64,000 nucleotides of DNA, from contig DASPPB010000014.1 in the NCBI GenBank assembly GCA_035625725.1, positions 3,672-67,671 on the forward strand. The letters are read 5' to 3'. Positions 1 to 9,532 of the stretch are shown piece by piece; within the stretch, counting starts at the first letter, position 1; each line of letters begins with the position of its first letter. The notes beneath the pieces were generated by a model. That model was not told the origin of the DNA, did not search any database, and worked only from the letters and a program-made list of their open reading frames with translations. This DNA is from Burkholderiaceae bacterium (GTDB lineage Bacteria; Pseudomonadota; Gammaproteobacteria; Burkholderiales; Burkholderiaceae_F). A program made the position numbers and the translations under genes.

Positions 1-203
1 TCACGATCGGGCAGTACCTCGCACCCAGTGAGCACCACCTCCCGGTGCAACGCTACGTCGCGCCAGAGTCGTTTGCGCAATTCGAGCGGGAGGCGCGGGC
101 GATGGGTTTCGCGCACGCGGCCTGCGCGCCTCTGGTGCGCAGTTCGTACCATGCCGACGAACAGGCGCACGCCGCGGTTCATGGCGCGGGCGACGATATC
201 TGA
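1..203 (+). CDS. lipA: lipoyl synthase, C-terminal fragment (5' end outside window)
   Basis: Frame +3 reads [55 protein letters not shown]... up to TGA at 201-203. This matches the conserved LipA C-terminus (QYL.PS..HLPV.RYV.P..F ... PLVRSSYHA). It is absent from the ORF track because the start lies outside the window. Confidence 0.85.
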   Translation, partial: TIGQYLAPSEHHLPVQRYVAPESFAQFEREARAMGFAHAACAPLVRSSYHADEQAHAAVHGAGDDI

Positions 204-217
204 TCGGTGCGCCTCGC

Positions 218-248
218 GCGGGCGCGGAACAATCGGCAACGCGCCCGC
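218..248. terminator. GC-rich hairpin between convergent lipA and ABC permease genes (possible bidirectional terminator, no U-tract)
   Basis: GCGGGCGCG (218-226) pairs perfectly with CGCGCCCGC (240-248) around a 13-nt loop. It sits in the 74-bp gap between two convergent stop codons. No T-run follows on either strand. Confidence 0.3.
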
Positions 249-277
249 ATGCGGCGGCAAATTCCGCGCTGCGCGTC

Positions 278-1054
278 TTAGCTCTTGAGGCGGTAGCCGG
301 TGCGGAAGACCCAGGCCACCACGGCCAGGCAGGCCACGAAAAATCCGCTCGTCGCCGCCAGACTGATCGCGACGCTCACGTCGGAATTGCCGTAAAAGCT
401 CCAGCGAAATCCGCTGATCAGATACACCACGGGATTGAACAGCGTGACCGTGCGCCAGGCCGGCGGAAGCATGTCGATCGAATAAAAGGCGCCGCCCAGA
501 AAGGTGAGTGGTGTCACGACCAGCATCGGGACGAATTGCAACTGCTCAAAGCTCTTGGCCCAGATGCCGATGACAAAGCCGAAAAGGCTAAACGTCGAGG
601 CCGTGAGCACGAGGAAACCGATCATCCACACCGGGTGCAAGATTTGGATCGGGACGTAGACGGACGCCGTCGCCAGGATGATGAGCCCCAGCGCAATGGA
701 TTTGGTTGCCGCCGCACCGACGTAGGCAAGAACGATTTCCATCGGGGAAACCGGCGCCGTGAGAATCTCGTAGATCGTCCCGGTGAACTTGGGCAGATAG
801 ATGCCGAAAGATGCATTGGAAAGACTTTCGGTAAACACCGAAAGCATGATCAGGCCGGGGACGAGAAAAGCGCCGTACGGCACGCCCTGCACCTGGCTGA
901 TGCGCGCACCGATCGCGGCGCCAAAGACCACGAAATACAGCGAAGTCGTGATCACCGGGGTGAGCACGCTTTGCGCCACGGTGCGCAACGCGCGCGCCAT
1001 TTCAAGCTTGTATAGCGCCCAGACGCCATGCGCGTTAAATGTCGGCGTGTTCAT
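278..1054 (-). CDS. yadH: ABC-2 type transporter permease (YadH-like)
   Basis: 258 aa and multi-TM. It is colinear from memory with E. coli YadH ([37 protein letters not shown]). Its ATG overlaps the stop of the upstream ATPase gene (ATGA at 1051-1054). Confidence 0.8.
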   Translation of the reverse strand: MNTPTFNAHGVWALYKLEMARALRTVAQSVLTPVITTSLYFVVFGAAIGARISQVQGVPYGAFLVPGLIMLSVFTESLSNASFGIYLPKFTGTIYEILTAPVSPMEIVLAYVGAAATKSIALGLIILATASVYVPIQILHPVWMIGFLVLTASTFSLFGFVIGIWAKSFEQLQFVPMLVVTPLTFLGGAFYSIDMLPPAWRTVTLFNPVVYLISGFRWSFYGNSDVSVAISLAATSGFFVACLAVVAWVFRTGYRLKS

Positions 1055-1989
1055 TGCGGTGTCGCCGGCCGCTCACGGATGAGGTTCACGAAAATCTCCT
1101 CAAGCGAGCTTTGTTGCGTACTGAGGTCCTCGATGGTGATACCCAGCTCGCCCATGCGCTGCAGAAGGGCCGGCACTCCGGTGTCCTCCTCGGTGGAGTC
1201 AAAGCGGTATTCGAGCTCGCGCCCCTGCTCGCGCAGGCTAAGCGGCCAGGCGCCAAGCTGCTCGGGAATTGCGGCCATCGGCTGGCGCAAGTGCAAGGTG
1301 AGCTGCTTCTTACCCATCTTGCGAATCAGCGTTGCCTTGTCCTCGACGACGATGAGCGCGCCCTTGTTGATCACGCCGATTCGGTCGGCCATGTCTTCGG
1401 CCTCCTGCAGGTAGTGCGTGGTCAAAATGATGGTCACCCCGCTGTCTCGCAAGCCGCGCACCATGGCCCACATGTCCCGGCGCAGCTCCACATCGACTCC
1501 CGCCGAGGGCTCGTCGAGGAACAGAAGCTGCGGTTCGTGCGCCAGCGCTTTGGCGATCATCACGCGCCGCTTCATGCCGCCGGACAAGGTCATGATCCGT
1601 TCGGAGCGCTTGTCCCAAAGCGCCAGGTCTCGCAGCAGCTTCTCGACGAAGTGCGGATTCGGTGCACGCCCAAATAAGCCGCGGCTAAAGCACACCGTGG
1701 CCCAGACCGTCTCGAATGCGAAGGTGCTCAGTTCCTGGGGAACCAGGCCGACCATCGAGCGCGCACGACGATAGTCGCGCACGATATCGTGGCCGGCGAC
1801 GTGCACGGTGCCGGCGGAAGGTACGACCATTCCACAAATGATCCCGATCAGAGTCGTCTTGCCCGCTCCGTTGGGGCCGAGCAGGGCGAAGATCTCGCCT
1901 TTGTGGATACGCAGGTCGATGGCCTTGAGCGCTTGCAGACCCGAGGAATAGGTCTTGCTCAGTCCCGCAATGCGCAAAATGGGTGCCAT
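1051..1989 (-). CDS. yadG: ABC transporter ATP-binding protein (YadG-like)
   Basis: Walker [13 protein letters not shown] signature LSGGMKRR and Walker [13 protein letters not shown] are present. 312 aa. Translationally coupled to the permease. Confidence 0.85.
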   Translation of the reverse strand: MAPILRIAGLSKTYSSGLQALKAIDLRIHKGEIFALLGPNGAGKTTLIGIICGMVVPSAGTVHVAGHDIVRDYRRARSMVGLVPQELSTFAFETVWATVCFSRGLFGRAPNPHFVEKLLRDLALWDKRSERIMTLSGGMKRRVMIAKALAHEPQLLFLDEPSAGVDVELRRDMWAMVRGLRDSGVTIILTTHYLQEAEDMADRIGVINKGALIVVEDKATLIRKMGKKQLTLHLRQPMAAIPEQLGAWPLSLREQGRELEYRFDSTEEDTGVPALLQRMGELGITIEDLSTQQSSLEEIFVNLIRERPATPQ

Positions 1990-2037
1990 GAGTGGGTTGG
2001 GCGGCCTACGGCGCTGTTGGCGCGCGTGCGCACCCCG

Positions 2038-4005
2038 CTACGGGGCGGATTCGACCTGCGGCGGCAGCGGACAGTCCAGCGCCGCGCACAGCGTGCGCAG
2101 GCAGCTTGCCGCCTTCCAGTGGGAGGCGCCGTCGACGAAGGCGATGGCCACGCAGGCTTTGATGAGCAACGGCTTTTCGAGCGGCGCGAGCAGCGCGAGA
2201 CGGTCAAAGGCGGCCGAAACCTGTGCCAGCCCGAGCGCCTCTTGCGCGATGCGCGCTCCCGCAGCAGGCAACAAGACTTTACCGGCGTCAAAAGCCCGCT
2301 GGGGATCGTGCGGCAGTCGCACGCACGCGATGAGCGACATCACAACGGCGGCCTCGGCGCTCACATCGCCCAGGCGCAGGGCGCGGCCCGGACCGTTCGG
2401 GGCGCTGGCGCGCACCAGGCGGCGCTTGAGCACCGAAAACAGCAAAAACTCCGCCAAGGTGACCCGCCCGTCGGCCCGGATCAACGTGTTGGCCAGGCGC
2501 AGCAGGTCCTCGCGCTGCGGCGAGGTCAGCGTGCGCAAAACGGGCATCGACAGGTCCAGCAGCGGCAGCCGCCAGCCCGGCGGCAGGCCCGCGAGGATCT
2601 GCGCCAGGCGCTCGATTTGCGCAGCTGCGCCAGCACCAAAATGTTCCACGGCCGCGGCGAGCTGGCGGGCACGAACCTGCGGCTCGGTGTCGAGCAGCAT
2701 GGCGAGCACGAGCAACTGGCTTTGCGTGGCGTCGGCCAGGGCGGGCCGCAGCCCGACGCGGTCGAGCCCCTCGGAGAGGTTTGCGCCAAAGGACATCGCG
2801 CCGCGGGGCGCCGTTCCGATCGTGACGTGCAGGGTCTCAGCCGGCGTGACGCCCGAAGGTGCGGGCGCGGTCAGGGCCCCCGTCAGCGGGCTTGAGAGCG
2901 CCCGGGCTGCGTCGGCTGCAGCAACCGGCTCGTATTCGAGCGGCTTTGCGTCGGACTGCGATGGCGCGGGCTCAACGGGCAACTCCGGCGCCGCCAGGTA
3001 CTCGACGGCGTGGCCGTAGATTCGGCGCAGCCGCTCGAGCAGCGGCGGATGCGAGGCGAGCAGGCCGCTGGCCAAAGACAGACTGACGGGCGCCATGAAC
3101 ATGTGCGAAAGGGTCTCGGCGTGCAGGTGCTCCACGGCACCGCCGGCCTGCCCGCCCAGACCCCCGATTTTGCGCAATGCGCCGCCGATGCCATCGGGGT
3201 TGCGCGTGAACTGTACGCTGCTTGCGTCGGCCAAGAATTCGCGTTGACGCGACACACTGGCCTTGATCAGACGTCCGAAAAAAACACCGATGGAACCAAT
3301 GGCCAGAACGGCAACCCCGGCAAGGAGCAGCAACCCGGTGGCCGAATCGCGCGAGCGACCGCGCGCGTTGCCTATCGAAGTGAGGAAGCGGCCGAAAAGG
3401 GCGAGCAGCAGCAGGCCCTGCAGCACGCCGATCAGACGCAGGTTCAGCCCGATGTCGCCGTTGAGGATGTGGCTGAACTCATGGCCCATCACCCCCTGCA
3501 ACTCGTCGCGGTTCAGGCGGGTGAGCGCGCCGCGCGTTACCGCAACGATCGCATCGGCCGGGTGCAGGCCCGCAGCAAATGCGTTGATACCGCTTTCGCC
3601 ATCCAGAACGTAGGCGCGGGGTGCCGGGATTCCCGAGGCCAGTGCCATCTCCTCGATCACGTTGAGCAGCCGGCGCTCGAGCGGCTCGCGCGAATCGGGC
3701 TGCACTGCGCGCGCGCCCACCATCCGCGCGACCGCGTCTCCGCCTGCGCGCAGCTCCAGGATCTGCTGGATCGTGCCGCCCACGATCATCAGCAGCACAA
3801 CGGCTGTGGTCGTTTCAAAAAAATAGTTGGGCAGAGCGCCCCATCCGTATCGCGCCCAGGAACCGTGTCGGGCGAGAACGGAAAAATAGATCAGCGCCAA
3901 GGCTGCGTTTACCGCGACCACGATCGCGACGACGGCAACGGCAAACAGCGCAATGAGCACGCGGCTGGAGCGGCGCGCAGCCTCCTGGTTCTGGAAAAAG
4001 TTCAT
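2038..4005 (-). CDS. M48 family zinc metallopeptidase with long C-terminal (TerB-like?) extension
   Basis: HEXXH motif GHEFSHILNGD and N-terminal TM helices. After the peptidase core (ends near HPPLLERLRRIYG) there are about 320 further residues, including LIRADGRVTLAEFLL. I prefer ATG 4005 (MNFFQNQEAARR); the ORF track uses the in-frame GTG at 4011. Confidence 0.8.
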   Translation of the reverse strand: MNFFQNQEAARRSSRVLIALFAVAVVAIVVAVNAALALIYFSVLARHGSWARYGWGALPNYFFETTTAVVLLMIVGGTIQQILELRAGGDAVARMVGARAVQPDSREPLERRLLNVIEEMALASGIPAPRAYVLDGESGINAFAAGLHPADAIVAVTRGALTRLNRDELQGVMGHEFSHILNGDIGLNLRLIGVLQGLLLLALFGRFLTSIGNARGRSRDSATGLLLLAGVAVLAIGSIGVFFGRLIKASVSRQREFLADASSVQFTRNPDGIGGALRKIGGLGGQAGGAVEHLHAETLSHMFMAPVSLSLASGLLASHPPLLERLRRIYGHAVEYLAAPELPVEPAPSQSDAKPLEYEPVAAADAARALSSPLTGALTAPAPSGVTPAETLHVTIGTAPRGAMSFGANLSEGLDRVGLRPALADATQSQLLVLAMLLDTEPQVRARQLAAAVEHFGAGAAAQIERLAQILAGLPPGWRLPLLDLSMPVLRTLTSPQREDLLRLANTLIRADGRVTLAEFLLFSVLKRRLVRASAPNGPGRALRLGDVSAEAAVVMSLIACVRLPHDPQRAFDAGKVLLPAAGARIAQEALGLAQVSAAFDRLALLAPLEKPLLIKACVAIAFVDGASHWKAASCLRTLCAALDCPLPPQVESAP

Positions 4006-4080
4006 TGCCACGTCGTCGCCCTGGCGCTATGAGCCGCGCGGCGCGCGCGCACCGCAGCAGTCGCGTTCACTGCGGAGCCG

Positions 4081-4668
4081 TCAGAACTGAACTCGAACCG
4101 CCTTGCGCTCTTCGGCCGATTCCGTTGCCGCCAGCTGCTCGGCCGCCTTGAACCCGAAGGCATTGGCAACAAGGTTGCCGGGGAACTGCTCCGAGGCAGT
4201 GTTGTAGCTCATAACCGCGTCGTTAAACGCCTGACGCGCAAAGGCGATCTTGTTTTCCGTGCTCGTCAGCTCCTCGCTTACTTGCAGCATGTTCTGGTTG
4301 GCCTTGAGGTCCGGATAGGCCTCTGCAACGGCAAAAAAGCGCGTCAGGCATCCGCGCAAGGCCTGCTCCGCGGCCCCCAGCTGCCGCACCGCTTCGGCGT
4401 TGGTCGGATCGGCCGCGGCGCTTGCATGCGCGTTGAGCGCCGAATTGCGCGCCTGGGTCACCGCCTCGAGGGTTTCGCGTTCGTGCTTGATGTACCCCTT
4501 GGCGGTTTCCACCAGATTGGGTATGAGGTCGTAGCGACGCTTCAGTTGCACGTCGATTTGGGCAAAGGAATTCTTGACCTGATTGCGCAGACCCACCAGT
4601 CCGTTGTAGGCCACGATGGCCCAGACCACGATTGCCGCGATGAGACCCAGCAGAACATATCCGACCAT
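4081..4668 (-). CDS. LemA family protein
   Basis: The internal ATG at 4668 is preceded by GAGGAG. A TM anchor (MVGYVLLGLIAAIVVWAIVAYNGLV) is followed by LemA-type sequence (QIDVQLKRRYDLIPNLVETAKGYIKHERETLEAVTQARN). The 76 upstream codons of the track ORF are Arg-rich and unlikely to be coding. Confidence 0.85.
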   Translation of the reverse strand: MVGYVLLGLIAAIVVWAIVAYNGLVGLRNQVKNSFAQIDVQLKRRYDLIPNLVETAKGYIKHERETLEAVTQARNSALNAHASAAADPTNAEAVRQLGAAEQALRGCLTRFFAVAEAYPDLKANQNMLQVSEELTSTENKIAFARQAFNDAVMSYNTASEQFPGNLVANAFGFKAAEQLAATESAEERKAVRVQF

Positions 4669-4796
4669 ATTTGACTCCTCGGCGAGCCGTCGCCATTGTT
4701 TTGGGGTTTTCCGCCCGCGCTTGACACGTACTGCGGCATCGTGTCGGGCGTTCGGCCGCCACCATACTATGAAAGCGGGGGCGCGAATCCTCCGAG

Positions 4797-6038
4797 TTAG
4801 CGCACCACGGTCGTGCGCGCCACGCGCTCTTCGCGTATGGGCAAGTTGATGAACGCCGCGCCCAGCGCCAGCATGATGTCGGCGTACCACATCCACGAAT
4901 AGTTACCGAACCGCGCCATCGCCTGGCCGCCGAGAAAGGCACCGAAAAATCCGCCAATTTGGTGTGATAGCAGTGTCAGGCCGAAAAGGGTCGCGAGGTA
5001 ACGGGTGCCAAAGAGCTTTCCGACCAGACCAGCCGTCGGCGGAACGGTCGACAGCCACGTCAGGCCGAGCACCGTGGCAAAAAGGTAGAAGGTGAGCGCG
5101 CTCCGAGGCGCCGCCAGGTACGCCGCGATTGCGAGCGCGCGCGTGCCGTAGACCCAGAACAGCAGCCATTTCAGGCGCATGCGGTTGCCCAAGAACCCCG
5201 CACCGAGGCTGCCTGCGATATTGGCCAGCCCGATGATCGCAAGCGAGGCCGCGGCGATGGAACCGCCCAGACCGCAGAGGTTCACTTCGCCGGGCAGATG
5301 CGTAACAAGAAAGGCGACGTGAAAGCCGCATGTGAAAAACCCCAGGTGCAGGCACCAGTAGCTTGGGTGGCGCGCCGCCTCTGACAGGTGCCGGCGCAGA
5401 CCCGGCTGCGCCACCGCGCCGGCAGCTATCGCGGTGTTCGAAACCGGCGTGGCGGGCGCGCCGCGCAGCCACCAGGCCAGCGGCAAGGTCGAAAGCATCA
5501 ACAGCGCCATTGTCGATATGGCGTGTACCCATCCGTACAAAACGATCAGCAGCTCGTTTAACGGCGCAAAGACGAACTGTCCGAGGCTTGCGCCGGCGTT
5601 GATGAACCCCGCGGCAAAAGCACGTTGCTGCGGGGCGAGTCGCTGCGCGGTCGCGCCGATCAGCACCGAGAAGCTGCCAGCTCCGGCGCCGGCCGCGCTG
5701 AGCACGCCCAGCGTCCAAATCAGGCCCGCCGTGGTATGCACGAAGGGGGTTGCCGCAAATCCCAGCGCGAGGATGAAAGCGCCGGCGAGGATGACGCGCG
5801 CCGATCCGTGCCGGTCGGCGATGGCCCCAAAAAACGGCTGCGACGCGCCCCATACGAACTGTCCGACGGCCAACGCCAAACTGATGTCGGCGACGCTCAA
5901 GCCGGTCGAAGATTTGAGCGGCGTGATGTACAGGCCGAGCGACTGACGAGCTCCCGTCGTGACGAGCAGGATGGTCGCGGTGGCGAGCATCAGCGGCCAG
6001 GCGGAAGCCGGTGCGCGCGCGATCGCGCCATCGTTCAT
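4797..6038 (-). CDS. MFS transporter
   Basis: 413 aa from ATG 6038, with a hydrophobic profile of about 12 TM helices. This is a family-level call only. The first 36 codons of the track ORF were discarded. Confidence 0.75.
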   Translation of the reverse strand: MNDGAIARAPASAWPLMLATATILLVTTGARQSLGLYITPLKSSTGLSVADISLALAVGQFVWGASQPFFGAIADRHGSARVILAGAFILALGFAATPFVHTTAGLIWTLGVLSAAGAGAGSFSVLIGATAQRLAPQQRAFAAGFINAGASLGQFVFAPLNELLIVLYGWVHAISTMALLMLSTLPLAWWLRGAPATPVSNTAIAAGAVAQPGLRRHLSEAARHPSYWCLHLGFFTCGFHVAFLVTHLPGEVNLCGLGGSIAAASLAIIGLANIAGSLGAGFLGNRMRLKWLLFWVYGTRALAIAAYLAAPRSALTFYLFATVLGLTWLSTVPPTAGLVGKLFGTRYLATLFGLTLLSHQIGGFFGAFLGGQAMARFGNYSWMWYADIMLALGAAFINLPIREERVARTTVVR

Positions 6039-6063
6039 GGGTGGATTCCCGATCGCGGCCGCC

Positions 6064-6384
6064 TCAGCGCGTCTCCAGACGCTCGAAGCGGCCGCGCACG
6101 AGCTCGGACTCCTGCGGACTTGCCGTGCGCACGTCGACACGCACAACGCGCGCCGCGCGCGGCCCGCGATGCGCCCAGCGCAGCAGTTCGGCGCAGTTCT
6201 GCGGGGCGCCGCGCAGTACCGCTTCTACGGTGCCTCCCAGACGATTGCGCACCCAGCCCGAGACGCCGCGCTCGACGGCCTCTAGAACCATGCTTTCGCG
6301 GAAACCCACGCCCTGAACTCGGCCATGGATCATGACGTGCAGGTCCGCGCCCCAGCCGTTTGCTTCGTCTCCGCGCTCGCCCAT
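6064..6384 (-). CDS. acyP: acylphosphatase
   Basis: The C-terminal part of track ORF 6064..6765 carries the acylphosphatase signatures VMIHGRVQGVGFR and GWVRN..GTVEAVL.G. The start is either ATG 6384 or ATG 6333. The rest of the track ORF is Arg-rich junk. Confidence 0.75.
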   Translation of the reverse strand: MGERGDEANGWGADLHVMIHGRVQGVGFRESMVLEAVERGVSGWVRNRLGGTVEAVLRGAPQNCAELLRWAHRGPRAARVVRVDVRTASPQESELVRGRFERLETR

Positions 6385-6649
6385 GCCGCTGGCCGCGCCG
6401 GCCGAAGTGCCAAACGCGGGCCACACGATGCTACACGCTTCGCGCGTCGATCGATGTCCCCGCCGGCATGAGGAAATCAGCCTCCGCTGTGGCACAGCGA
6501 GGCGAGCGAGGACAGCGTCGTTGCGTCGGTTCCCGCAGGCCACGCGGCTTGCGCGCGAGCGGTCTTCTTGTCCGCGAGCGCCGCGGCCCGCGTTGCGTAA
6601 AACCGCTGGCATCCGAGAGCTGCTTGCGAAAGGCGCAATCCGGGCGGCG

Positions 6650-6799
6650 TCATTCCTCGTCGCGGTCTTTCTCCAGAATGCGCGCGCCTTGGGCCTCGAG
6701 GTTTTCGAATTGTCCCGAAAGCACTGCCCACACCAGCACGGCGCCGATGAGCAAGACCAGCACAATCGAAAGCGGAATGAGCAAAAAAAGCGAGTCCAT
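6650..6799 (-). CDS. ccoS: cbb3-type cytochrome oxidase maturation protein CcoS/FixS (49 aa, below ORF-track cutoff)
   Basis: Hand translation of the minus strand gives MDSLFLLIPLSIVLVLLIGAVLVWAVLSGQFENLEAQGARILEKDRDEE*. This matches the CcoS pattern (M..L..LIP.S......A...F.WA.RSGQFDDLE). It lies 35 nt downstream of ccoI. Confidence 0.8.
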   Translation of the reverse strand: MDSLFLLIPLSIVLVLLIGAVLVWAVLSGQFENLEAQGARILEKDRDEE

Positions 6800-6834
6800 G
6801 GTGTCGGTGCGGTGGGCAGGCTCTCGCCTTGCGC

Positions 6835-9294
6835 CTAGCGTGGCGGCCCGGCTCCGTATCGAAGACGCATCGAATTGGCAAGAACAAACCCGGCGCTGAG
6901 CGCCATACCCGCCGCCGCAAGCCAGGGTGCAAGCATGCCGGCGGCGGCCAGCGGCAACATCAGCAAGTTATAGCCCGCCGCCCAGAGGTAATTGCCTCGG
7001 ACGATGCGCATCGTGCGCGGCGCCAGGTCGAATACAGCTCCCGCCTTGTATAACTGCGGGCCGAGAACGATGATGTCGGCACGCGCTTGCGCCAGTGCCG
7101 AGCCGCTGGCCAGCGCGATGGAGGCGTCGGCCTGGGCGAGGATGGGTGCGTCGTTGATGCCATCGCCCACCATGGCCACGCGGTGACCCTGCGTTTGCAG
7201 TCCTTCGAGGACGGCAAGCTTGCCCGATGGTGTCTGTTCGGCATGAAAGGCAATTGCCCTGCCGGCACCGGGACTGAGCGCTCGAGCCAGCCGTTCGACG
7301 GCGGAGCTTTGATCTCCGGAGACGACGAGCAGCTGCAAGCCGCGCTTTGCGAGGTCGCCTACGAGCTGCCGGGCATCGTCGCGCAGCGCTTCGCCCAATT
7401 GCAATAGCGCGAGGGGACCTTGCGCATCGGCGAGCACGATCTCCTGGGCCCCGCCGCCGCGCGATGCCCTGGCGAGCGCGGAAAGGGCCCTCGCCCCAGC
7501 GGCAGCGTCGCGCGTGAGCGCGAGCGCGTACTGAGCCTTGCCGAGCCGATAGCAGGTGCCGCCGACGATACCCTCAATCCCCATCCCGGCCACCTCGGCA
7601 ACGCGAATCGCAGGCAGCGGCGAGACGCCTCGAGCGCGGGCGGCGGCATCGAGCGCGCGCGCCACCGGATGGTTCGAGTGCGCTTCCAGGCCTGCGGCCA
7701 GTGCCAAGGCGTAGTCGGCGTCGCGCTTGCCGAAGCACTGCAGCGACAGCAGCGCGAGGCGCTCGTCGGTCAGTGTCCCCGTCTTGTCGAACACGACGGT
7801 ATCGACGCGCGCGAGCGATTCGAGCGCCGCGGGCCGTGTGAGTAAGACTCCGTGCGCGGCCAGGCTCGACTGCGCCATGGCCACTGCCAGCGGATTGGCC
7901 AGGGACAGCGCGCACGGGCAGGTGACGACGAGTACGGCGATGGCGCTGCGCAGTGCCTGCGACGGATCGATGAACATCCATACCACGGCCGCTCCGACGG
8001 CGAGCAGAAGCACCATGGGCGAAAATACGGAAGCAATGCGGTTCGCAATCTCGACACTGCGCGGCCGCTTGCCCGACGCTTCGATGATCGTGCGCTGCAA
8101 TGCCGCCAGCGACGTCGCATCGCCGGAGCGCATCACCCGCACGATGATCGGCTGCCCCAGATTCAGACTCCCGGCAAGCACCGAGTCGCCCTCGTGCTTC
8201 TCAAGCGCGCGGGACTCGCCCGTCAACCATGCCTGCGAGACGCTGGTCGTTCCCTCAAGGACCCTGCCATCCGCGGGCACGGCCTCGCCCAGTGCGACGA
8301 CGACCCGATCTCCGGCCACCAGCTCGCTGGCGTCGATGCGATCACACCCCGTTCCTGTGGGTCCGCGCAATCGGCTGGCTCGCAGCCGGGTCTGGCGCGC
8401 CGCCGCCTCCATCTGCGCTGTGGCCCGTGCCAGGGTCCGCAACTGCCACCAACGCACCGCCAGCAGAAGCGCCACGAACATCGTTACCGAATCAAAGTAC
8501 ACGGGGCCCCGCCCGACCGCGGTTGCCCAGATGCTCGCGGCAAGCGCGCCCGCCAGTCCCACGGCAACGGGCACATCCATCCCGATGTTGAGCGTTCGCA
8601 GCTGGCTCGAGGCGGCCCGCCAGAAAGGGGCGGCGCAAAAAACCGCCACCGGAACGGTCAAAATCAGCTGCGCGATGCGCAGCATCTGTTCGATATTCGG
8701 GGGAATCTCGCCGGGCTTTGCCAGGTACTCCGGGATGGCCAGCATCATCACCTGCATCATGGCAAGCCACGCCAGCAGCACGCGCAGCAGCTCGATGCGC
8801 GAAGCGCGTTGCTCGACCCCCGGCTCGGTCGCGCGGGCTACGCGATAGCCCGTTGCCTCAATGAGGCGTGACAGACCTTCGGCATTGGATTGCTTGGGAT
8901 CGTAGACGAGCAGCGCACGATGTCCGACGAAATCGACGTGCGCGCTGTGCACGCCCGGCGCGGCGCGCAGGCGATGCTCGATGAGTAACGCGCAGGCGCT
9001 GCAGACCATGCCGCGGACATCCAGTTGGGCGCATGCCGGCACGCTGCCAGCAGCGCCGTGCTGCGTCCGATGCTCCGGCAGCACCCCGCCATCGGACCCA
9101 GCCCCCATCTGCGAGAGCTGCTCGGCGATGAAGGCGCAGCCCAGACAGCAATAGCTTTGCCGTCGGCCACCAACGGCACGCTCGACCACACGAACACCAA
9201 CGAGGGAGTCGCCGCAATGACCGCAGGCCCCACTGGCTGTATCGCTCGAGCGGGTCGGAACGGCCTCGCCTTCAAAGGACGGCCCTGCGGCCAT
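6835..9294 (-). CDS. ccoI: copper-translocating P1B-type ATPase CcoI/FixI
   Basis: 819 aa. It has an N-terminal Cys-rich region (CGHCG ... CCLGC), a CPC motif (VTCPCAL), the phosphorylation site FDKTGTLT and the hinge GDGINDAP. It is immediately followed by ccoS. Confidence 0.85.
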   Translation of the reverse strand: MAAGPSFEGEAVPTRSSDTASGACGHCGDSLVGVRVVERAVGGRRQSYCCLGCAFIAEQLSQMGAGSDGGVLPEHRTQHGAAGSVPACAQLDVRGMVCSACALLIEHRLRAAPGVHSAHVDFVGHRALLVYDPKQSNAEGLSRLIEATGYRVARATEPGVEQRASRIELLRVLLAWLAMMQVMMLAIPEYLAKPGEIPPNIEQMLRIAQLILTVPVAVFCAAPFWRAASSQLRTLNIGMDVPVAVGLAGALAASIWATAVGRGPVYFDSVTMFVALLLAVRWWQLRTLARATAQMEAAARQTRLRASRLRGPTGTGCDRIDASELVAGDRVVVALGEAVPADGRVLEGTTSVSQAWLTGESRALEKHEGDSVLAGSLNLGQPIIVRVMRSGDATSLAALQRTIIEASGKRPRSVEIANRIASVFSPMVLLLAVGAAVVWMFIDPSQALRSAIAVLVVTCPCALSLANPLAVAMAQSSLAAHGVLLTRPAALESLARVDTVVFDKTGTLTDERLALLSLQCFGKRDADYALALAAGLEAHSNHPVARALDAAARARGVSPLPAIRVAEVAGMGIEGIVGGTCYRLGKAQYALALTRDAAAGARALSALARASRGGGAQEIVLADAQGPLALLQLGEALRDDARQLVGDLAKRGLQLLVVSGDQSSAVERLARALSPGAGRAIAFHAEQTPSGKLAVLEGLQTQGHRVAMVGDGINDAPILAQADASIALASGSALAQARADIIVLGPQLYKAGAVFDLAPRTMRIVRGNYLWAAGYNLLMLPLAAAGMLAPWLAAAGMALSAGFVLANSMRLRYGAGPPR

Positions 9295-9464
9295 GGAACG
9301 GTTTCCCCAAAACGAGATCGAGATGCCTGCCCTGCGCGGGCACGCACGGGTTTCTCACGGCGACGGCGGATCGCGCCCGCGGCCGTAGACCGGCGGCGCG
9401 TTGTGCCAACAAAACGCACACTAAATGCAATCGACCTGTCCTGGGCGCACAGCGCGGGGCGGGA

Positions 9465-9478
9465 TTGACGCGGGTCAA
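9465..9478. promoter_or_regulatory. FNR/Anr/FixK-type box upstream of ccoI
   Basis: Perfect dyad TTGAC-GCGG-GTCAA, matching 8 of 10 specified positions of TTGAT-N4-ATCAA. It lies 171-184 nt upstream of the ccoI ATG, in the 238-bp gap. Confidence 0.5.
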
Positions 9479-9532
9479 TTCGTTGGCGCTGCGGCAGGTC
9501 AAACGCCCGAATGCCCGCGCCCGGGCCGTGGG

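Noticed and set aside
6477-6653. 58-codon ORF whose ATG overlaps the ccoS stop (ATGA), filling part of the ccoS-acyP spacer
   Set aside because: The product (MTPPGLRLSQAALGCQRFYATRAAALADKK...) is Ala/Arg-rich with no TM segment or motif. The only SD-like GAGG is 1 nt from the ATG. It could still be checked by conservation or ribosome profiling.
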